Shown here in pieces: positions 55,937 to 64,000 of a DNA stretch of 64,000 nt. The DNA lies in NCBI GenBank assembly GCA_021613535.1, contig CP075492.1:3782001-3846000 (forward strand), given 5' to 3'. The stretch's first letter is position 1. The number at the start of each line of letters is the position of its first letter. This DNA comes from Adineta vaga (taxonomy: Eukaryota; Animalia; Rotifera). The notes beneath the pieces are model-generated. The model was not told the origin of the DNA, ran no database searches, and worked only from the letters and a program-made list of their open reading frames with translations. The translations under genes were made by a program, and so were the position numbers.

Positions 55937-56756
55937 TCATTTACTGTGTTTCATTTTATAACAATCGAATAAACTCGAACGATGTTGTGAATCATTGATC
56001 TTCTTATTAAAATGAATGAACGACGATGAAGTTTTGTACATTTCTAAATACAATAACAACTGATCCAATTGCAGCTGTATATGTAATAAATAAATAAAGA
56101 ATTGAATATAACGGCCATGGTATAGGAAATAAAGGATTAATCTGTGCAGAGATAACATACAGTAGACCACCAAGATCAAAAATACGTTAACATCCCTTCG
56201 AGTTTGTATTATATTCGCATGTTTTCAATCAATAAGACTCGTTTGTCGAATATATAAAATGATATACTCATCATTGGAAATACAAACATAATTGAAAAAG
56301 TTAAACATGACATGAGATTAATCTTCGTGTTCATAAGTGATAGGTGAAATGAATAGATAACTATAACAAGTAGTCCGCTAATTATCGAACTGAGAAGAAC
56401 TAGTAGATAATTGTGACATCAAATGTTCAGAAAGAAGCAAGAATTTTACAAGATAACGTATTTCTATATTCTCCATTAAAGAAAATCTTTGGTTGATTAA
56501 ATATTAGAAATAGAATACAAAAACTAATTCTATAAATTAGTAGACTAATAGAAGAATTATATATTAAAAGATTAATAATAGTTCGTGTTTTAAAATAAAT
56601 ATAACGTACAAGGAAAACAATACTTAATAATGAAAATATAATGGTCATCAAATATAGTAATAATACATACCTACGAGTCAATTCTGCTCATATCAGCGAA
56701 TAAAAAGGATTATGGGTCTTATTCTTATTATCTTTTGCCAGAAACAGTAATATCAT
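55937..56756 (-). pseudogene. Decayed GPCR-like 7TM gene
   Basis: TM1-3-like segment (RTIINLLIYNSS..CKI) and TM6-7-like segment (KHANIIQTRRDVNVF) with several stops and frameshifts. Confidence 0.55.
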
Positions 56757-57745
56757 GGTAGAAAAATGAACTCAATTTGCTCTGATGAAAAATGGCTGGC
56801 TCATAGAAATTAGATTAATATCTTGAAAATATTTAATTAAAAAACAGATCTTTCATAAGTCAAAACAAGATGAAAGTTTGCTCGAGTAAGATTTATTGAC
56901 AATCTTTACATAACATTTCATTTCACTTATCAAGGTAATATAGTATGAAAGTACCTTATTCAAAAATAAGAAAAGCCGTGAAATTAAATCGTAGTTGTCA
57001 TTATACTGTATTGTTTCTACGCATCATATGCACTCACTTTCAAAATAATGTAGAAGACGCGTCGATTTCCCTAAGAACCTTTATATCTATGTTAGAGTTA
57101 TACTTTCTTTTTTTTTTAAGAAAAGGCGAATGGAAAGAGAATTTTTTGAAGAAAAGCATCAAGCAGTAGTATATTTAATCTGATATATATGCTTTTCGAT
57201 TTGAATGATTTTTTAAGGCCAAAAGAATTTAGTTCTTTAATAAAAAGTTTAAAAATAAATTTCGATGTCTTAAATCTTCGGACTATTTCCTATAAAGTTA
57301 TAAAAAATACGCTTTAAGTACAAAATGTTCTATTTTCTGATAGCTTTATTGAAGATATACGCATTTGAAATTCACGTCTAATATTGCATCTTTATTTAAT
57401 TCATATCCTCTGTAGAGTAAATATTAAAGTTTTAGAATCACATCAAACTGACGTCAGTTGATGATTTTATCTTTCATTATAAATGTAAGAGAGTAAATTC
57501 AACATAACGTGACGTATTTCCGTTTTACTTGTTTAGCCGTATAAAGAAGTTCAGTTTTTAGAAAATCGGATAGTATATAAAAGGTAATGTCTCGGGCACT
57601 ATGCATATTAGATTTTCAAACGTAAGCAAACGATAAAGTTCACTGAGAAGAAAGATAATTACAATCTGAAACTGACACGGCACTCAAAAATTCTCTCTAA
57701 ACACTTCTATATAAATTATCTACATTATATTTCAGAATCAACTAT

Positions 57746-58828
57746 ATGGCAGACGAATATATCAATACACTCAATCTAGTGATTAGTAACATTACCTTAT
57801 ACGTTCCATACGTAACAATTATAGTAGGAACAGTGGGTGCTTTTTGCAATCTACTTACATTTTCGGCTAAACAATTTCGTCGAAATGCATGTGCTTTTTA
57901 TTTTCTATGTTCAGCTGGATTTGATCTCTTAACATTACTAATATGTGGTTGCTGAGATTAATGGTCGATCATTATTCATATGTATTACCAAATAAATCGG
58001 AAATCTTTTGTAAAATACGTGTTTATTTAACTGCTGTTTTTCCATTAATATCAACAGCATGCATAGTTCTTGCATCAATTGATCGTTGTTTATTAACATC
58101 AACTTCGATGAAATGGCGTCGTTGGACTACAATTAAAATGGCTTATATTCTGGTTATCATCTCGATTATTATTGGAATTATTTCACCTTCTCATATGCTT
58201 GTTTTCTATGGCTTTTATGTAGTTAGTGGATCTTCACCTTCATGCTCATCTCAACCAGGTGTTTATGGAGCATTTATCAGCATTTTCTTAGTGGTATGGT
58301 TCACATGTATACCTTACATTATCATGTTTATTTCAAGTTGTACTACGTTTGTACATATACGAGCATCAAGAAATCGTGTTATGCCAGTACAACAACAAAA
58401 TCATCGAAGAACTGATCGTTCATTAATAACGCTAGTGTTTATACAAGTTATTCTTAGTATGATTTTATTAGCAATGCGTACTGTTTTTATAGCTCATTTA
58501 TATCTGACGAGAGATGTAGTAAAAGATAGAACAACGCGTTCTGTTGAATCATTTATGTCACAATTGGGTACAGTTTTTTATTATATTAATTATGCGAAAT
58601 CATTTTATTTATGTACACTTACAAGTAAACTTTTCCGTGATGCATTTTGGAAACAATGTGAAATATTTTGGAAATCCATAGCTCACCCACAAAGAGGTAA
58701 ACTTTCGATGCTTCATATTAACATAAACTAATTTATTCTCTCTATTCTTAGAAACAACCGTAGTTCCATTGTCCGCTACTGCTCTTACAAAAAAACGTTC
58801 AATTCAACCTATCCTATCTCGTCAATAA
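57746..58828 (+). CDS. Rhodopsin-like orphan GPCR; 1-nt frameshift near 57950
   Basis: GAFCNLL, SIDRC, NYAKSFY. ICG-LLRL requires one extra T. Terminal intron 58697-58751. Confidence 0.8.
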
Positions 58829-59801
58829 AATCTTCAAAATCACTTTTGATCGATTGAAATCAAAATAACTATTCTTGTATCTATTTCTATATGTTCTGTT
58901 TTTCAAAACCAATCTGTATCATTCATATTGTGTTCTCTTGATGTTGTTTGTTCTTTATTCTGATTTGATCTATAAAAGGATATTTTAAATATACACTTTA
59001 AGTATTCGTACATTTCATTTAATAGTTTCATAACAAAAAACGGTGCACGACGTGTAGCTGTATGTGAATTTCGACAGTGTAGTTCTATTAGTACAGATGG
59101 CTTTGTAGGAACAGCTGTTGCATGTGGTGTTGTTGGTTTCTTCAATCCAGCTTTAGGTGTCATCGCTTTTGTAGCAAAAGTAGCAGCTGATTATGCAATA
59201 TCGAAACAAGATATGTCCATCATTGTGGCTATTAAAGAGCTTGTACGTGCTGGCTTTTTACGACTGAATGAGACAACTATGCAAATTCAACTAGCCTAAC
59301 ACTTTATTTTTCTATGATTTTAACGATAACATTTCAAATTTTTAAGTGCAACAATTATCATATTTTGTGTTCATACTTTTTTAAATAAGAAAATAGAAAA
59401 ATTTTCATTTTTCTAAAAATTTACTAGCAAATAAACTACATTTTTATAAAGTTAACATGTTAATATCTTCAACTTTAGAGAAAATATTTCTCGATAGGAT
59501 ATATAGAAAAATATCGACTTGAAAATTTTATCAAAAACAAAAATCATAAATAATGAAAAGGTAGCACAAAACAGTGCACTAAATAACATCCCTAACGCGA
59601 TTAACTTTCGAATTAATTCTTTTTCTGTACGATAATGACGAAACATACCAGAATGATTCTGAAACTCAAGAATACTAATGAAGTTATATTCATTTGTTTT
59701 GTTATATCTATACGAATTATATAGAAATATTTATCAAAACAGAACATCTTGAGAGTGTGAGTTTTATGAGTACATGAGAAATTTTTACTGTCAAATTCAA
59801 A

Positions 59802-62062
59802 CTAAGCAGAAAATTCTTTATTAATTGTCATAAACTTAATAAAATCTCTCAATTCATCTACTTTAGTCGCAACAAAAACAAGTTGCTGTTCTGTTGAACT
59901 CAATTCTGATTGAACAATGGTTTCAGCTCGTTTTTTATCACTAGTAAATACCAAACAATAATTCGAAAAACCTAATTGTCTTATTGATTTAATTAAACGA
60001 ACACCCGCATTATGAACTGGATATTCATTTTTTCGATACATACAAGTGATTAAACGAAATGTAGTTTCATTTTTTAAACGTTGCCCAAATGGTGATCGAA
60101 GAAATGCCAGAGCATCGTCGGTTGATGTTCGAGGAATGAAATGTACATCTAAATTCATTCCGTCACGTACAGCATTTTCCATATAATTTTTAATTTCACT
60201 ATTTTTTCCGAAGATTTTGTCATCAACCCAGAGAATCGAATATATACTCAAACCTAATTCAACTTGTCTCATATAGATCGTATGTTGTTTTTGATCACGA
60301 GATAAGTGATGTTTGTAAACGAAAAATGTCGATTGAGGTAAAAATATCACTTCTTTTTTATCGGGATTTTGTGAAAATTGTTTGATTGAACGAGCACTGA
60401 ATGAATCAATCTTAAATTGTGTATTTTTCTTGTCCGATGTTACTTCATCATCTATATTACCTTGACCAAATTGAATCCATTTTACTAAATTACCCGGTTC
60501 ATATAATTCAAGTTCATCACCAGTCAACTCATAAGTACATGTAACCATTTCCCAACAGTAGGGAATATGTAAGAGTGCTTTAAAGAAATAAAACACCATT
60601 GGAATTATTTCATTTTGTACGTTTTTTTCAATACGTTCATTGGCGGAATGACGAGCGATGAGTCTTGCTCCTCGATTAATCATATCAAAGTTTCCGCCAG
60701 TATAAAATGAAAGAACCAAAGCAGCAGCTTGATTGCTATCAGCAGGAAAGTCTTTTCGAGTAAAATACGGTGCAGATTTTTGAACTAATTCTTCATGTTT
60801 CTTCATAATTTCATCGACATTCACACTTCTCTCTGATTCATAGTGACGACAAATTTGCTTGAGTGTTTCAAATGATCGATCTCGGCCAATTAAATCAAAT
60901 AATGTTGTATTAAAACGATCTTCGCGGTCTTCAGTAATTGTTAAATATTCTAATAAATTCTCCAATTTTATCATATCTTGCGTATTACCTTCAATAATGT
61001 TTTTCAATTCATCTAAATGTTCACGCTTTGTTAAACGACCAATTAATATCATAAAACTATTATCATTTGCATGAGAATTAGGTAGACTGTCTAATGAACT
61101 CGACAGAGATGAACTGTTCAATAGTTCTCGACTTTCTATAAACAACAAAAAACATTTTCAATTCTATAGATTCGACTCATATTCGTTCGTACTTTGACTT
61201 GGAATAGTAGTGATTACAGATGAAATTTTTTCATTATTACTATTGACTAAAACTGATTTCGTATCGATATATTCATTTAAATACACATGACCTTTTTTTA
61301 TGAATCCATTGATACTCAATGGTCTTTGTTTTCCTTTACTTTCAGTATAAACATCACCAGCAATACCTTGAAAGATTTGTACAATATCTTCTTTTGGACT
61401 AGCAATATGTTTTAGTAAATGTTTAGTAAATAAACCATTTCGATCCGTTTCTTCACCATCACTTGCTGTTCGATGAGCACCACAAGCAAATTGAATAAAT
61501 GTACCAGCTGGTGCATCAACAAAACCAAGACCTTTTCCATCTGTGCCACCTAAAAAAAAAGAAATAAGCCAATTGTTTATCTTTACATATAATATATTCA
61601 TCCTATACCTTTTGTTTTTGGCATTTTGCCTGGCCAATAATTTCTACAACAATCTAAAATAAAGATCGTCACGTGTGAAGGATTTCTCATTGCTAATCGT
61701 TTTAATGTTCGTTCGACAGGTACTGCACTATCTTCCACATCATCCTCAGTATAAACATCTTCATCATCAATAGGCATAAGATAATTGGAGCCTTTCACTT
61801 CATAACCATGTCCAGAGAAATAAAATAAGACTAAATCACCATTATTTATTCGTCCAGAGAAATTTGTAATAGCCTTAACCATTTGTTTATTTGTTAAATT
61901 GATTTTAGTATCAACAATAAAACCCATACCGATTAATTTATCACTTAAATCATTTGCATCATTGATACAATGACGAAGTTTACTTTCGGTTCGATTATAA
62001 TCGTTGTTACCGATGACTAAAGCTAGTTTTTGACGTGATGTATTAAGATTTGAAGCTGTCAT
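59802..62062 (-). CDS. Paracaspase-like C14 protease fused to a degenerate ART domain and a receiver-like domain (714 aa)
   Basis: KLALVIGN, YFSGHG (His), ILDCCRN (Cys), NGLFTKHLL. Exons 62062-61609, 61549-61193 and 61135-59802 join in frame. C-terminal ILWVDD...NAGVRLIK REC-like region. Confidence 0.88.
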
Positions 62063-62153
62063 TTATCTAAAATGTCCAAGATGATCAGAAACATCTTATC
62101 GAAAGATCAATATAAAATTTTGAAAGTTATTTCGTTGAAAAAAATTTTCTTCT

Positions 62154-62757
62154 CTATTCTTTATCGTCTTCATCATCATTCACATAATATTCTTCATCTT
62201 GTTCTTCCTCTTCATCAAAAATCGATTCATCTACTGCTGCTGGTATGCTTGTACCACCTCGAGTGTAAGAAGCCTAGAACAATCCAATAAAAAATCATGT
62301 ACGATAGAAATACGGTTACTTACGTTCTGTTTCACATGAAATACTAAATTTAACATACCAATCACAACTGGTATTTCTTTTTGTAACTTTTGTAATTCGT
62401 TTTTAATAGGTGTTGCTGATAAATAATGTCGAATACGGATCATTTTCTTTCCACTTGTACATCTAATCGAAAGAAGATATTCGAATATTCTTAGATTATG
62501 AATCTATCAATATACTTATCAAATAAAATATTTGAACGAGTTGTAATTCTGTAAAGTTTATTCATTACACATGAATACTTATATTTATCGGCGGCTAATT
62601 TGTCTCTCTCATTAAGACCAGTTAAAATTTCATAAATTATAGATAAATCATCGGCAAGAGTTGCACACGTTTCTTTGTTTGATGTAACTGTTGCAACTAT
62701 ATCCATACCATATTTGATCAACTTGATCACTGTTACAATACCTACTGGACTTGACAT
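62154..62757 (-). CDS. Stand-alone MLKL N-terminal (4HB/HeLo-like plus brace) protein with acidic tail (166 aa)
   Basis: Exons 62757-62516, 62462-62324 and 62273-62154. VTSNKETCATLADDL..MNKLYR..RHYLSATPIKNEL..LNLVFHVKQN aligns by eye with the MLKL 4HB/brace. Tail ASYTRGGTS..DEEEEQDEEYYVNDDEDDKE. Confidence 0.7.
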
Positions 62758-63526
62758 ATCGTGATGGAGCAGAAAAACTCTTACAGTTTAATAGTTGTAA
62801 CTCTTTTTGATATCAACAATATGATGTGAAATAATGGACTTTGTTTTGTTATCAGAAAACAAACGTTTACTACCTACCTGTCACATGATAAGACAATCTT
62901 TCCTTTCTACGAATCATATGCACATAAACTTATTGTTGAAAGTTTCGAAAACCTTATCTCATTATTCACATATAATTAAATATGAATTGCACATTATGTT
63001 TGAAACAATTATAGAAGACTTCTTGAAGTACGAACAAAGTATATTATACTTTTAAGAATATTTTGATTCATGTCCAATTTTCTAAAGATGAAACTAGATT
63101 AATTAGCAGAAGATAAAAGTTACATCCTGTCATTAGTACTTACGATTGGCATCAACCCAAGTTTTCTATCTTGTCTTGTACAGTTTAGAAAAGCTTATAA
63201 TTTAGCTGATAGTTCGATGTTATGTCACCATTTATCAAATTGATATTTTCTCTAAAAATGTGTCCTATTAGTATTATTTTTCTTATTGTAATAGTCATCT
63301 TGAATTGTAGAGTGATAAGAAGGAAAATGTTGACAAAGCATAATAGATCAAATTCTTTCAAAAGATTCTAAGTAATGTGTCGATGAATCTCAACGTTGTA
63401 TTTACACGAAAAAGTTAAATTCAAAAGAAATAGATTCATCTATTTCATACATTTGTCTGACTTGAACAGCTTTTCAATTGAATTATATACACTATCGTAC
63501 TGAATTCCTGCTGTTAAAACTCATGA

Positions 63527-64000
63527 CTAAAGACCTTCGAGTTTCGAAATCGTATTTCTATTAATTTTCTGCGCTGTCTTATAGCATTCGTGAGCTCTTG
63601 TGGATAATCCCATCTTTTCATATACTGAGCCAATGTTGTTGTAAGTTGTAGCGAGGGTGGAATGTTCCGAGGGAAGAGATTTTTGTTGAATGCTGAGTGC
63701 TTTATTGAACTTTTCGAGAGCTACGTCGTTCTTTTCCAACTGAAAGTACACTTTACCGATGTTAATCAAAGTAGAGGCTAAGTCTGAATGATCGGGAGGA
63801 AGAGATTTCTCTTGAATTCCGAGTGCCTTTGTGTAGGTTTCATTCGATGTTGAATAGTTTTGCATTTCGAAATATATTAATCCAATGTTGTTGTAAGTAG
63901 TGGCTAAATTTGGATGGTTTGTATAAAGGATTTGTTTTTGAATAGCAAGTGCTTTGTTATAGTATTCAAGTGCTTTTGAATAATTTTTTATCGTTGAATA
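63527..64000 (-). CDS. 3' end of a TPR-repeat protein (42-aa KLC-like TPRs); 5' part outside the window
   Basis: Repeats such as HPNLATTYNNIG, HSDLASTLINIG, HSTLATTYNNIG, KALSIQQKSLP. Confidence 0.9.
   Translation of the reverse strand, partial: YSTIKNYSKALEYYNKALAIQKQILYTNHPNLATTYNNIGLIYFEMQNYSTSNETYTKALGIQEKSLPPDHSDLASTLINIGKVYFQLEKNDVALEKFNKALSIQQKSLPSEHSTLATTYNNIGSVYEKMGLSTRAHECYKTAQKINRNTISKLEGL

Noticed and set aside
62063-62323. MLKL-caspase single fusion protein
   Set aside because: Exon 3 ends in TAG, and an in-frame TAA sits immediately before the caspase ATG. I found no acceptor that gives an in-frame join.

Overview
AT-rich, gene-dense eukaryotic DNA with many short (about 50-60 nt) GT-AG introns. 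The gene content (divergent rhodopsin-type GPCRs, R-S-E ADP-ribosyltransferases, NHL, kelch and TPR proteins, bacterial-looking enzymes) is typical of a bdelloid rotifer (Adineta/Rotaria-like); this assignment is inference. I reconstructed about 25 genes by hand-splicing: five GPCRs, two TRPM channel paralogs, two ART genes, an RBR E3 ligase next to an OTU deubiquitinase, a CSP-like DnaJ protein, secreted Cys-rich, knottin-like and PLA2-like proteins, an S9 peptidase, a flavin amine oxidase and an NmrA-like SDR, plus several decayed fragments. The main candidate new system is at 59.8-62.8 kb. A stand-alone MLKL-like four-helix-bundle gene, with an acidic tail preceded by a MALT1-type site (SYTR|GG), lies 91 nt upstream of a co-oriented gene fusing a paracaspase-like protease to a degenerate ART and a pseudo-receiver domain; a TPR gene lies further upstream. 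This looks like an operon-like, protease-activated cell-death module. Other highlights are a Foldback/MULE-like element with a 9-bp TSD inside a coding exon of a 14-repeat Cys-rich gene, a dispersed hairpin family built from telomere-like hexamers, and a 54-nt in-frame intron with a GNRA hairpin conserved between the two TRPM paralogs. All family calls come from motif recognition by eye; no searches were run.
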